DNA of 64,000 nucleotides from Candidatus Bathyarchaeota archaeon (lineage in GTDB: Archaea; Thermoproteota; Bathyarchaeia; TCS64). The notes beneath the pieces are model-generated. The model saw nothing but the letters and a program-made list of their open reading frames with translations. It was not told the origin of the DNA and did no database searches. The translations under genes were made by a program, and so were the position numbers. Positions 29,011 to 39,301 of this stretch are shown here, one piece after another (within the stretch, counting starts at the first letter, position 1; each line of letters opens with the position of its first letter). The stretch covers positions 135,988 through 199,987 of the forward strand of contig CAWACK010000008.1 in assembly GCA_963780545.1 (NCBI GenBank), read 5' to 3'.

Positions 29011-29970
29011 TTGGGAGGAATAGGGAACATTCTTATAACGGGTGCATCGGGGCAGATCGGTTCTGAATTAACTCCAAAGTTACGCGAGATTTATGGTAAG
29101 AATAATGTAATAGCTTCCGATCTAAGAAAACCCCTCATAGATGATGGACCGTTTGAGCTACTTGACATTACGGACGCCAAGAGACTAGAGGAAATTGTTA
29201 TCGATCACAAGATAGACTCGATTGTCCATCTTGCAGCCCTCCTATCAGCTTCAGGAGAGCAGAAACCAAATCTAGCGTGGCACGTCAATGTCAATGGACT
29301 TTATAATGTCCTAGAAATTGCTAGAAAACAGAGAATGATAAGAGTATTTAACCCCAGTTCAATAGCTGTTTTTGGCCCAGAGACCCCTAGGAACTCGACT
29401 CCTCAAGAAACAGTGATGAGGCCTAAAACTATTTATGGAATAACTAAAGTAACAGGAGAGCTACTCGGAAATTACTATTTCTATAAATTCGGAGTCGATG
29501 TTCGGGGTGCAAGATTCCCAGGTATTATAAGTAATATAGCGCCACCTGGTGGTGGTACGACTGATTATGCTGTAGAGATCTTCTATGAAGCAATTAAAAA
29601 TGGTAGATACACTTGTTTTCTTAAGCCTGACTCAACGTTACCCATGATGTATATGCCCGATACACTCAAAGGCATAGTTAATCTGTTGGAAGCAGATCTG
29701 TCAGAGTTAAGACATCATACTGATTTTAACATGAGTGCTTTGAGCTTTTCACCAGCTGAATTAGCTAGTGAAATAAAAAAGCATGTATCCGATTTCCAGA
29801 TAGATTACAAACCTGATTATCGTCAAGCGATAGCGGACTCTTGGCCGAAGAGTATTGATGACTCTTCTGCTCGGGAAGAGTGGGGATGGAAACCAGATTA
29901 TGATCTTCCTGCAATGGTTAAGGACATGTTAGAAGTTCTTGGCGAAAGGCATCGACTTGGAAAATTATAA
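29011..29970 (+). CDS. L-threonine 3-dehydrogenase, SDR/GalE-like type
   Basis: GASGQIG, HLAALLSA.GE, PSSIAVFG, YGITK, PGGGTTDYAV, RQAIADSWP. Confidence 0.9.
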   Translation: MGGIGNILITGASGQIGSELTPKLREIYGKNNVIASDLRKPLIDDGPFELLDITDAKRLEEIVIDHKIDSIVHLAALLSASGEQKPNLAWHVNVNGLYNVLEIARKQRMIRVFNPSSIAVFGPETPRNSTPQETVMRPKTIYGITKVTGELLGNYYFYKFGVDVRGARFPGIISNIAPPGGGTTDYAVEIFYEAIKNGRYTCFLKPDSTLPMMYMPDTLKGIVNLLEADLSELRHHTDFNMSALSFSPAELASEIKKHVSDFQIDYKPDYRQAIADSWPKSIDDSSAREEWGWKPDYDLPAMVKDMLEVLGERHRLGKL

Positions 29971-30378
29971 TTTTTAAGAAAACACATACTAATGTTTAAA
30001 AATTGTGGGACGAAAATGAAATTATTCTAATTTTTTTAATTTGTTTTTTTTAACTTATGTGTTGACAAGCTTTGAGGTTCTTTTTCTTGTAGAACCTTAG
30101 TTAGATTTGTTGCTGCCCTTATTGCCATTGCCGTAAGCGCACGCGACTTTTTTTAAATAAAAGTTCTTTAGGTATGGGTTTATCCTCGCTATCAAATATT
30201 TCTAAATAGATGCTTTTTCTAAAATATCAATTGCAACTTTAAAAATCGTCTCGTAACATATCTCTCTAGTTTTGCCAATTCTACTCTTGATAATACATTC
30301 TTGTTTATTGTTTGTCCAAGGAACCCTTAAATTAATATTCAGGAAATTTCTGAATATTGTATAGGACGGAAAAAACCT

Positions 30379-31095
30379 TTGATTGAGTCAAAAGAGCTAA
30401 ATAAAGAATTTCTGGATGGTCTATTTGATAGAACTTTAAAGCCATTACATAGTAAAAACGCCAGAATAATATACAAAATATTTTACGACAAACAAAAATT
30501 TGATCATTTAACCACACATGATATTGAAACTCAATTAGCCGAGTACAGTATCACGCTAAACAAGAAGGAGATAAATGGGTGGCTTTTATCTCTGCAAGAG
30601 GCAGGGCTAATAGCTAAGTTAGATGAGAGAGGGAAACCAGTAGCCTCAAATTATGACAACCGATATACCTTCGATTTATGGAAGTTAACGGAAACAGGAT
30701 TAAAAGTAGGTTATAGGATTTCTAATCTAATGTCAGTAGAGAAGAACGTTAATCTACCTCATTTAAGTGAGCTTACGCCTTCCTTGATTCATGAGCTTGA
30801 GGATCTTTACATAACCGTGAAAGTTCTAACTATTCTTCATGAATATGGGGGTTCTATGAGTTATGTTAATCTAAGAAAAAGGTTGGCTGTTGATAGGGAA
30901 AAACTAGCTGTATATTCTTGGCCGGATTCGTCACATGCAGAGAATCCGCTCTTTGAGGTTAAAATCAAACCACTGACACTAAAGGGAAAGATCTATAAGC
31001 TTTTCGGATGGCTTTCAGAACAAGATCTTAACTTCACGCTTACTGAAGATGGGAGGAAGATCGCAGAAGAGATTATGTCTAAGGAACCTCAATAA
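30379..31095 (+). CDS. Hypothetical protein, probably with winged-helix domains
   Basis: 238 aa; wing-like endings WKLTETGLK and FTLTEDGRK after helical segments. Confidence 0.6.
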   Translation: MIESKELNKEFLDGLFDRTLKPLHSKNARIIYKIFYDKQKFDHLTTHDIETQLAEYSITLNKKEINGWLLSLQEAGLIAKLDERGKPVASNYDNRYTFDLWKLTETGLKVGYRISNLMSVEKNVNLPHLSELTPSLIHELEDLYITVKVLTILHEYGGSMSYVNLRKRLAVDREKLAVYSWPDSSHAENPLFEVKIKPLTLKGKIYKLFGWLSEQDLNFTLTEDGRKIAEEIMSKEPQ

Positions 31096-31112
31096 TTGGA
31101 CATTTTTTAGGT

Positions 31113-31144
31113 CCCAAATCTTGAAGGTACACTATTCATAAGGC
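31113..31144. repeat. Dispersed 32-bp intergenic repeat, copy 2
   Basis: 27 of 32 positions identical to 25906-25937. Confidence 0.6.
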
Positions 31145-31336
31145 CTACTGAGGAGCCATTAAAAATTGACATAAGATGATTAAAAAATACAAAATAATCT
31201 TAATAATTTACATTTTTTCTAATATAGTCTTTTGGAAATATAAATCGGCTAAGAATATGTGGGCATCGTTTACGTCCATGAAGTTTTTCGAATCGTAAAT
31301 GTCAAGGATTATAAGATGTAGCTGGATAGAAGTCGA

Positions 31337-32602
31337 TTGATGAGTGCTCAGAGGAAAATTGAGGAGACGCGTCTGTCTAATGGAGTTAGAGTGATAACTG
31401 AGACTGTACCCGAATTAAGCTCCGTGTCGGTAGGTATTTGGGTTGATGTTGGTTCTAGAGATGAATCTATTAACTATCAAGGTTGCTCTCACTTTCTAGA
31501 GCATTTACTCTTCAAGGGTACTGAGAAGAGGACAGCTCAAGAGATATCTACAGTCGTAGAATCGAGAGGTGGGTATCTTAATGCATTTACAGACAAGGAT
31601 ATGACCTGCTTCCACGCAAAAGTACTGGCTCAAGATATTGAGCTCGCTGTCGATGTCTTATCTGACATGATTCAGAGGCCTCTACTAAAACAGGAAGACA
31701 TCGATAAGGAGCTCCATGTTGTTTTATCTGAGATAGATGCAAGGGACGACGATCCTGGGGATCTAATACATGATCTTTACTTTGAAACGGCTTGGAGTAG
31801 AAATAAGGCTGCTCATCCAATTCTAGGATCGAAAAAGACACTCCAAAGCATGGATAGAGTTTCTATAAAGAATTACTATTTGAATAATTATACCCCTAAT
31901 AGAATGGTTGTTACATCTGTAGGGGCGATCAGTCATGAAAAAGCTGTAGATCTCTTCGAAAGCTACTTAAAATTAGATGATAATCGATCGAACAAAACAA
32001 GATCCAAACCCAAGTATCACCCTCGAAGGAGATATGTAAAAAGAGCCTCAAATCAAGTCCAAGTAGCAATGATCGCTGAAGGTCTTCCACTCGGTGACGA
32101 GAAGCGAGACGCACTCACTATCTTAAACTCGTATCTCGGTGTTGGTGCAAGCTCGAAGCTATTTCAGGAAGTTAGGGAGAAGCAGGGTATTGCTTACTCA
32201 ATATTCACAACTAACTACTCTTTAAAAGACTCTGGCTTATTTACAATACTCGCCGGTACTCAAGACAAATACGTAGAAAAGCTTCTCAATATCGAGTTCA
32301 GAGAGCTTGATAAAATTAGAAAAGATTTCCCTGAGAAAGTTTTAGAAAAAATGAAACACAAATCAACTGGTCTATTTGTTATACGATCAGAGAACCCAGA
32401 GAGTCGTATGATGCAGATTGGAGTCTCTGCGCTAAGGCAAGGTCACGTGAAGACAATGCAAGAGGTGATAGATGATATAAACCAGGTTGATATTGACACA
32501 GTGCAAGGTATAGCAGATAAGATGTTCGAAGAAGGACAACTAGGTTTGACAACCCTTGGCCTTTCTAAGGAGACTGAAATAAAAATTAAGGCTCTGTTTT
32601 AG
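31337..32602 (+). CDS. M16 family (pitrilysin-like) zinc peptidase
   Basis: Inverted zincin motif HFLEHLLFKGT, NAFT, SKLFQEVREKQG.AY. Confidence 0.93.
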   Translation: MMSAQRKIEETRLSNGVRVITETVPELSSVSVGIWVDVGSRDESINYQGCSHFLEHLLFKGTEKRTAQEISTVVESRGGYLNAFTDKDMTCFHAKVLAQDIELAVDVLSDMIQRPLLKQEDIDKELHVVLSEIDARDDDPGDLIHDLYFETAWSRNKAAHPILGSKKTLQSMDRVSIKNYYLNNYTPNRMVVTSVGAISHEKAVDLFESYLKLDDNRSNKTRSKPKYHPRRRYVKRASNQVQVAMIAEGLPLGDEKRDALTILNSYLGVGASSKLFQEVREKQGIAYSIFTTNYSLKDSGLFTILAGTQDKYVEKLLNIEFRELDKIRKDFPEKVLEKMKHKSTGLFVIRSENPESRMMQIGVSALRQGHVKTMQEVIDDINQVDIDTVQGIADKMFEEGQLGLTTLGLSKETEIKIKALF

Positions 32603-33395
32603 ATCTCCGTGCAGAAGTGGCGGTATCCCAGAGGTGTTTGAAGTAGCCCCTGGATATCATGTTCAAACCCACATGATCCGACCATATCGCTAAATTTTCC
32701 TCTCTAGCTACTCCTTGACTGAGCAATAAAAGCGTCTCTAAGCCGTCAGCCATGAGTCCCCCACCAAACATATCGTCGCGTATTCGAACTTCAGCCAAAT
32801 TTAGTAACATTTCAGGTAGAACATTCATTGTTTCCTGAGTCACTAGAAGTTGAATTTGTAATTTACGATCCATCTGAGTTCCGAAGGTTGGTAGGACTTG
32901 CTTCATTAATTGAGGTGGGACTAACGGAAGAGCAACCATGAGTTCTTTCTTAGCAGAAAGAATAGTTTCTCTTATCTTAGTAGTGATGTTATCTTGGCCT
33001 CTAATTATCCAGATCTCGGGTTTCTCTTTGATCTCTCTATGCTCATAGAGAGCTTGAAGCTCAGAAACCACCATTTCGCGGCTCTTCTCAAACTTAGCCT
33101 CTTGGCGCATTTTCTCAGCTCTTAGGGCTTCAACTGGTGAGCGTGGATAATACAGCCTCGGCCGTCCACCCTTAATTTCGACCCAACCTTTTTTTTCGAG
33201 CGAATCCAAAATTGTGTAAACCTTAGAGTATGGTATGGTTGTGGATGCGCTCACATCATTAGCGGTGAGTTCACCAGCTTTCACAAGTGAGAGGTACGCC
33301 ATTGACTCGTACTCTGTGAGACCTATGTCTCTTAGCGCACGTTCAGCTCTATCGCTAACTGAACTTATTGACAAGCCAATCGAAAACTGAAGCAA
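32586..33395 (-). CDS. TrmB family transcriptional regulator
   Basis: GLTEYE..AYLSL, IPYSKVY..L.SL.KKGW, GRPRLY. Confidence 0.92.
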   Translation of the reverse strand: MLQFSIGLSISSVSDRAERALRDIGLTEYESMAYLSLVKAGELTANDVSASTTIPYSKVYTILDSLEKKGWVEIKGGRPRLYYPRSPVEALRAEKMRQEAKFEKSREMVVSELQALYEHREIKEKPEIWIIRGQDNITTKIRETILSAKKELMVALPLVPPQLMKQVLPTFGTQMDRKLQIQLLVTQETMNVLPEMLLNLAEVRIRDDMFGGGLMADGLETLLLLSQGVAREENLAIWSDHVGLNMISRGYFKHLWDTATSARRSKTEP

Positions 33396-33510
33396 CTGGC
33401 ACTTATTTACCTCTATTGGTGGGGATAACTACTTTTTAGAAGGTGAAACCTAAGGGAACCTTATTAAATAAATTACATATGTGAAACATAGCAGTAGCCG
33501 GGCATAAATT

Positions 33511-35031
33511 ATGAATAAAATTAAGGATACCAAAAGTCTCTGCCCCGAGTGCATGAAAGTATTACCCGCCGAGATCTATGAGGAAGGCGGTAAAGTTTAC
33601 ATAAAGAAAACCTGTCCCGAACATGGCGAGTGGTCAGATTTATACTGGGGTGACTATGAACAATATCTTCGAGCCGAAAAATATTCGTCATTAGGGAAGA
33701 AACTAGACAATCCACGTACAAAGATAGATAAGGGCTGCCCTTACGACTGTGGAATTTGTCCAGAACATAAGTCTCACACTGTCCTAGCCATTATAGATAT
33801 CACTAATAGATGCAATCTGAGATGCCCTATATGTTTCGCACATGCAGGTGCTGCAGGTTATCTATATGAGCCGACTAAGGAGGAAATACGCGGTATATTA
33901 GAGAATCTAAGATCCAATAAACCAGTTCCACCCCCAGGGCTTCAGTTTAGTGGCGGGGAACCAACAGTACGCGATGATCTTCCTGAACTTGTCAAGATGG
34001 CCAAAGACATGGGCTTCCAACACGTAGAGATCAACTCGAATGGCATCAAGATGGCGGAGAGCGTAGATTACTGTAAAACCTTAAAGAAGGCGGGTGTTAG
34101 CACCGTTTATCTTCAGTTCGATGGTGTCACCCCTGAACCATATAAGGTGGCTAGGGGTTTTGACCTCTTAACAATTAAGAAGAGAACACTCGAGAACCTT
34201 AAAAAAGCGGGATTCCATAGCGTAGTGCTTGTACCAGTACTCGTTGGTGGAGTAAATACAGATCAAGTCGGGGATATCATAAGATTCGCGATAGAGAACC
34301 TTGACGTCGTCAGATGCGTCAACTTCCAACCGGTTGCAATCACTGGTCGCATCAACACTAAAGAGAGGGAGTCGATGCGCGTAACTATACCTGATCTAAT
34401 GCGCTTCGCCGAGGAGCAGACGAACGGACTGATTAAGAAGAGTGATTGGTTCCCAGTATCAACCCCAGTGCCTTTCACAAATTTTATTGGCCACCTAAAG
34501 AATAAGGAGTATATCGACTTCAGTACACACCCACACTGTGGTATGGCAACATACCTCGTTATAGAGGGCGACAAGGTAGAACCTATTACCAAATATCTGA
34601 ATGTCGATGGATTGGTAAAATCCGTAAAGAGTGCGAATGAGAAGTTTGAATCCGGCAGAGAGACCCAAGCAAAGGCATCAGCGGTAGCAGGATTGATGAA
34701 GAACGTAAAACTCGGCACATTCCGAAAATACTTGATCCCAGTATTAAGAGATGGAAGTTATGAGAGTTTAAGCAAGCTCCATCACAATATGCTAATGATT
34801 GGGTCGATGCACTTCATGGACCCTTATAACTTCGACTTGGAGAGGGTTCAACGTTGCGTCGTTCACTATGCGACTCCTGATGGGAAGATTACGCCATTCT
34901 GCACAATGAATACCTTACACAGGGCAGCAACAGAAAAACGATTTGCACAGCCTCTTGATGAGGCTAAAAATACACCGATTTACGACGTGGAGTCACTGGT
35001 TAAGAGGATAGAGAAAGAGAACGCAGCTTAG
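33511..35031 (+). CDS. tes: Radical SAM tetraether lipid synthase (Tes / GDGT-MAS, MJ0619 family)
   Basis: N-terminal SLCPEC...CPEHG, CPYDCGICPEH, CNLRCPIC, HPHCG and MDPYNFDLERVQRC...PFC. Confidence 0.85.
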   Translation: MNKIKDTKSLCPECMKVLPAEIYEEGGKVYIKKTCPEHGEWSDLYWGDYEQYLRAEKYSSLGKKLDNPRTKIDKGCPYDCGICPEHKSHTVLAIIDITNRCNLRCPICFAHAGAAGYLYEPTKEEIRGILENLRSNKPVPPPGLQFSGGEPTVRDDLPELVKMAKDMGFQHVEINSNGIKMAESVDYCKTLKKAGVSTVYLQFDGVTPEPYKVARGFDLLTIKKRTLENLKKAGFHSVVLVPVLVGGVNTDQVGDIIRFAIENLDVVRCVNFQPVAITGRINTKERESMRVTIPDLMRFAEEQTNGLIKKSDWFPVSTPVPFTNFIGHLKNKEYIDFSTHPHCGMATYLVIEGDKVEPITKYLNVDGLVKSVKSANEKFESGRETQAKASAVAGLMKNVKLGTFRKYLIPVLRDGSYESLSKLHHNMLMIGSMHFMDPYNFDLERVQRCVVHYATPDGKITPFCTMNTLHRAATEKRFAQPLDEAKNTPIYDVESLVKRIEKENAA

Positions 35032-35036
35032 ATGCT

Positions 35037-36725
35037 TCAGATTTTTAATACGGCGCCTTTATCCGCAGATGAGACAAGGGCAGAATACCTGACAAGGTAG
35101 CCTTTTTTGACCTTGGGTTGGGGTGTTGTCCACTTCGCTTTTCTTTTAACGAGTTCCTTTTCGGATACATTGAGCTCTAGCTTTCGGTTTGGGATATCGA
35201 TTGAAATCCTATCGCCGTCTTCGATAAGAGCGATTGGCCCACCTGCCGCAGCCTCAGGTGAGATGTGGCCAATACATGGTCCCCTCGAAGCACCGGAAAA
35301 TCTACCATCTGTGATAAGGGCAACCTCCTCTCCAAGACCTATTCCGACGATGGCACTAGTAGCGACAAGCATTTCACGCATGCCAGGACCACCCTTTGGA
35401 CCTTCGTATCTTATCACAAGGACATCACCGGGCTTGATTTCACCACCATAAATGGCCTTGACTGCTGGCTCTTCTTGTTCGAAGACCTTCGCTGTACCGC
35501 TGAAAGTCCACATCTTGGGACTTATAGCCGCCATCTTAGCTACAGCGCCATCCGGAGCAAGGTTACCTTTCAGTATAGCAATGCCACCTACCTTATGCAC
35601 TGGATTCTCGACGGGTCTGATGACATCTTCATCGACTACCTCAACGCCCTTCAAGTTCTCCTTAAGTTTTTCACCGGTCGCAGTCATGACGCTGAGATCT
35701 AGTAGCTTATTGATCCGAGTCATCACGCCAGGTATCCCACCAGCTCTATGAAGATCTTTAATCTTGAAGGGTCCAGCGGGTGCCATATTGCATAAGTGTG
35801 GGGTCTTATTGCTAATCTCATCGAAGAGTGTTAGTGGCAAATCATAGCCGAACTCGGAGGCTATGGCTTTGAGGTGGAGAACCGTGTTGGTCGAGCCTCC
35901 AAGAGCCATGTCAACAGTTATCGCATTTCTGAAGGCAGCCTCTGTCATGATCTTACTTGGGGTAATCCCTTTCTCCAAAAGCTTCATCACCATATTACCA
36001 GCTTCTGAAGCGAGTCTAGTTCTCTCCATGCTAGTGGCTTCGGCGGTAGCCATAAGTGGAAGGGTCATACCAATTGCTTCAGTTAGGCACTGCATAGTCA
36101 TGGCTGTGAACATGCCACTGCATGCTCCGGGACCCTGACAGCATGTGTTCTCGAGATACTTAGCTTCCTTCTGGCTCATCTTGCCAGCTTTTACGAGACT
36201 AGTAGCCTCGAACATTTCTTGGACAGTGATGGTCTTACCCTTGTATTTCCCCCATGTAGGACATCCGGGCTCCATTGGTCCGCCTAAAACAAATATGGTC
36301 GGAATATCAATCCTCGCTGCAGCCATGAGCATACCTGGATCGATTTTGTCGCAACTTGTCATACAAACCATGGCGTCGAAGCCATGAGCCTCAACCATGA
36401 TTTCGATGCTATCGGCGACGATCTCTCTGCTTGGTAGACTCATCTTCATACCGTCGTGACCCATAACGATTCCATCGCAGACCGCGATAGTGTCGAACTC
36501 AATTGGGACGCCACCCGCTTGACTTACGCCGTGCTTCACGAATTTAGCGAGTTTGTCTAGATGAATGTGTCCTGGGTTTATCTCATTCCAAGAATTGGCT
36601 ATTGCAACAAGGGGCTTACCAAGGTCTTCATCGGTTAGACCTACTCCTTTTAGGAGAGACCTTTGACTGAGCCTTTCGTCTCCATCGTATACTTTTGAAC
36701 TTCTTTGGCGGATATTAGGAACCAT
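35037..36725 (-). CDS. ilvD: Dihydroxy-acid dehydratase
   Basis: [40 protein letters not shown]. Confidence 0.96.
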   Translation of the reverse strand: MVPNIRQRSSKVYDGDERLSQRSLLKGVGLTDEDLGKPLVAIANSWNEINPGHIHLDKLAKFVKHGVSQAGGVPIEFDTIAVCDGIVMGHDGMKMSLPSREIVADSIEIMVEAHGFDAMVCMTSCDKIDPGMLMAAARIDIPTIFVLGGPMEPGCPTWGKYKGKTITVQEMFEATSLVKAGKMSQKEAKYLENTCCQGPGACSGMFTAMTMQCLTEAIGMTLPLMATAEATSMERTRLASEAGNMVMKLLEKGITPSKIMTEAAFRNAITVDMALGGSTNTVLHLKAIASEFGYDLPLTLFDEISNKTPHLCNMAPAGPFKIKDLHRAGGIPGVMTRINKLLDLSVMTATGEKLKENLKGVEVVDEDVIRPVENPVHKVGGIAILKGNLAPDGAVAKMAAISPKMWTFSGTAKVFEQEEPAVKAIYGGEIKPGDVLVIRYEGPKGGPGMREMLVATSAIVGIGLGEEVALITDGRFSGASRGPCIGHISPEAAAGGPIALIEDGDRISIDIPNRKLELNVSEKELVKRKAKWTTPQPKVKKGYLVRYSALVSSADKGAVLKI

Positions 36726-37246
36726 AAAGATGAAAAGCCTGAAGAATAGATATTAAACTTCCCAGACGACTCGACGTTTTCAATAATATTTTTCGCGCGC
36801 GGGGTTCCTTTCGCTCACGAGTGTGAGGAGTTTTTGAGGAACGTAGTTAGAAGGGTTAATTGAGTTCAAAAAGGCTAGACCAAACAGCCATGAAATACTC
36901 AATCAAATACAAGATTTCATACGAGATCACACCGAATGGTGTAGAAATTCAAAACAAATACTAAGCTTGACCATTTAGCCCTGAACTATATCCATATTTT
37001 TGAGACTTCATCTTTTTAAGGCGTAGAACATTATGATGCGCCTTACTTCTAATCGGGGCTGTTTTTGAGCCTGTTTATATTAAGAGAGCCATTGTTTGTA
37101 TACATAAAAGTAGGTTAATTAGGTCCGAGTCTTGGATTCGGATAGTTTTTGTATCCATTGTTAGGGATATCCTGTTGATATATAAATAATTGATGTTATG
37201 TGCTTATTCGAAAAGCGGATAACAATCGACGTTATTACTTTAGCTA

Positions 37247-37786
37247 ATGGGTTCTCCCGATAAACGAGATGTGAAGAGTAAATACGATCAATTGGGAGGA
37301 GAACTCTATGACTTAAGGTATGAAGAGGAGCAGAATCGTAAATATGATACCGCTCTCCTACTTACGCAACCTGTTAGAAATGAACTGCTTCTTGACAATG
37401 GTTGTGGAACTGGAATGCTTCTCAAGCGACTCAATGCCCCTAGTGTTGGGCTTGACCTATCCCCCTCACTCCTTGCCGAAGCTAAAAGAAAACTCAAACC
37501 CATGCATTACCTTATCCAAGGCGACTCGGAGCATCTTCCTTTCCGAGGAGGCGTTTTTTACGAGGTGTACGCGATTACGTTAATTCAAAATATCCCTGAT
37601 AAGGAGACAACGCTTCACGAGATGAGGAGGGTGACGAGATTAAATGGCAAAATACTTATCACAGCCTTGAAGGCCGTTTTTACAATTGTTTCTTTTCGGG
37701 AACTCCTTGAGAAAACAGATCTTATTAAAGGTGAAATATTAATAGACACTGATACAAACGATTGGATAGCTTGTATCGAGGTATAA
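37247..37786 (+). CDS. Class I SAM-dependent methyltransferase
   Basis: LLDNGCGTG, GLDLS, GDSEHLPF. Confidence 0.88.
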   Translation: MGSPDKRDVKSKYDQLGGELYDLRYEEEQNRKYDTALLLTQPVRNELLLDNGCGTGMLLKRLNAPSVGLDLSPSLLAEAKRKLKPMHYLIQGDSEHLPFRGGVFYEVYAITLIQNIPDKETTLHEMRRVTRLNGKILITALKAVFTIVSFRELLEKTDLIKGEILIDTDTNDWIACIEV

Positions 37787-37900
37787 AAAAGTCTCTTTAG
37801 ATATAAACGAAAATCTGAAAAATATGAATAGCGATTGTTTCAGAAGGTTTTTATAACCTCCCCCTTGGTCTAATTATGAACCTCCAAAGGTGTAGAGCGT

Positions 37901-38191
37901 ATGGAGCCGAGTAAAAAGCCACTTAACGTACTCATCAAGAGCGTCGGTAGTAATGTCACTATTAACCTTAAGGGCCATGGTGAGTACTGGGGGAAGATGA
38001 CACGCGTTGATGGATATATGAATATCATGCTCAAGGGCGCTAAGGAGTACGATCAGAATGGCCTCACCGCCAATTATGGTGACGTATTTGTTCGAGGTAA
38101 TAACATAGTCTATATCTGCATTGATCCTGTCGCTCCTCCGAATCCTAAGGGAAAGTTTGGTAAGTCTGACGATGACGACGACGCCCCTTAA
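37901..38191 (+). CDS. Sm-like archaeal protein (SmAP/Lsm) with Pro/acidic tail
   Basis: Sm1 motif G.M..VDGYMNIML and Sm2 motif VFVRGNNI. Confidence 0.92.
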   Translation: MEPSKKPLNVLIKSVGSNVTINLKGHGEYWGKMTRVDGYMNIMLKGAKEYDQNGLTANYGDVFVRGNNIVYICIDPVAPPNPKGKFGKSDDDDDAP

Positions 38192-38227
38192 ATTTGCAAA
38201 TCTCTAAATTGCGCGCGCATGGGGTAG

Positions 38228-38800
38228 TTAGGACTTTTGACAAAGTTCTAGGTCTAGTTGATTCAAGAAGTTTCTCATATATTGTGTTCTCCCCGCGGCC
38301 ATCCTCTTCGCTTCCTCTGTAAAAAGTAGGTCTTCGAGGTTGAGTAGCTTCTCGTAGAAGTGGGCAACGAACTCTTCGATAGGCCTCTCATGTTCCCCGC
38401 TAAATGTAGCTGTACGGTAAATACCGACTGCACCGAGAGCGTCGATCTTGTCTGCATCTGATAGGATCTTGCCCTCGAGCGTCTCTGGCGGTTTTTTTCT
38501 CGAGAAGCTATGTGTAGAAATCACCATTGTTATCTTGGAGACATTGTCTTCTGAATAACAATATCTTCGTAAGATCGGTTTGGCTTTAACTGCTCCTGCC
38601 TCTGCGTGGTTTTCTTCTTCTCGAGCTATGTCATGTAGTAGAGCAGCGGGTAAAAGGATCGATAAGTCTGCTTTTTCCACAGTACCGATATGAAGACAAT
38701 TAAAGTAAACTCTAGATGTATGCTCGAAGCCGTGTGTCCCATATTTCGGGAGGATTTTTTCGACCTCGGTTTTGAGTTGGGAAAGAATATCCTCTTGCAG
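38228..38800 (-). CDS. HD-domain phosphohydrolase
   Basis: HGFEHTSRV lies upstream of the tracked start; LLHDI, DADKIDALGA; probable CTG start at 38800. Confidence 0.88.
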   Translation of the reverse strand: MQEDILSQLKTEVEKILPKYGTHGFEHTSRVYFNCLHIGTVEKADLSILLPAALLHDIAREEENHAEAGAVKAKPILRRYCYSEDNVSKITMVISTHSFSRKKPPETLEGKILSDADKIDALGAVGIYRTATFSGEHERPIEEFVAHFYEKLLNLEDLLFTEEAKRMAAGRTQYMRNFLNQLDLELCQKS

Positions 38801-38803
38801 GGA

Positions 38804-39121
38804 TTAACCCTCCAGCTTGTGGACATCGCTGTCTCGACCAACGTTAACCTGTAGTATACCCTTGAAAGATGTGACGAAGCAGTTCTGAAGTTCGACTTTA
38901 TCCCCCACGGATATTCCGCTAAATTGCTCAATCTTCTCGTTCCAAACCGCAAAGGAGATGTCGCCGTGATTATCGCTTATTTCGCCTTCGAGGATGGAGT
39001 GCTCAACTCCAGAATATGTCTTCACTTTCCTAACTCCTGTGAGTTTAATCACTCTGACGATGAAGTTTATATGTTCCATTCCTGGTCTGAGAGCGTCTAA
39101 TTGTGGTAATTCAGGGGTCAA
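38804..39121 (-). CDS. Single OB-fold ssDNA-binding protein (crenarchaeal SSB-like)
   Basis: LRPGM..INF.VRV, D.HG.I.F.VW, FKG.LQVNVGR. Confidence 0.8.
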   Translation of the reverse strand: MTPELPQLDALRPGMEHINFIVRVIKLTGVRKVKTYSGVEHSILEGEISDNHGDISFAVWNEKIEQFSGISVGDKVELQNCFVTSFKGILQVNVGRDSDVHKLEG

Positions 39122-39301
39122 TAGTATCCTCCTCCTTTAATTTTGCGTCATTAAAGAGTTGGGTCTTACACTTAAAGGAGGTATAGTTTATTATGAAATA
39201 ATGAAACACAGGTGCGCGCGCTGGCGTGTTTGGAGCACCGATGAGTAAAGCCTTGAAAACAAGAATCAAGCTCTAAATAGACGGTCTCGTCCTCTCTATT
39301 T

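Noticed and set aside
36835..36965. Short ORF MKYSIKYKISYEITPNGVEIQNKY resembling the end of a KaiC/RAD55 ATPase
   Set aside because: Only a weak 24-residue resemblance in an otherwise non-coding spacer; cannot be supported without a profile search.
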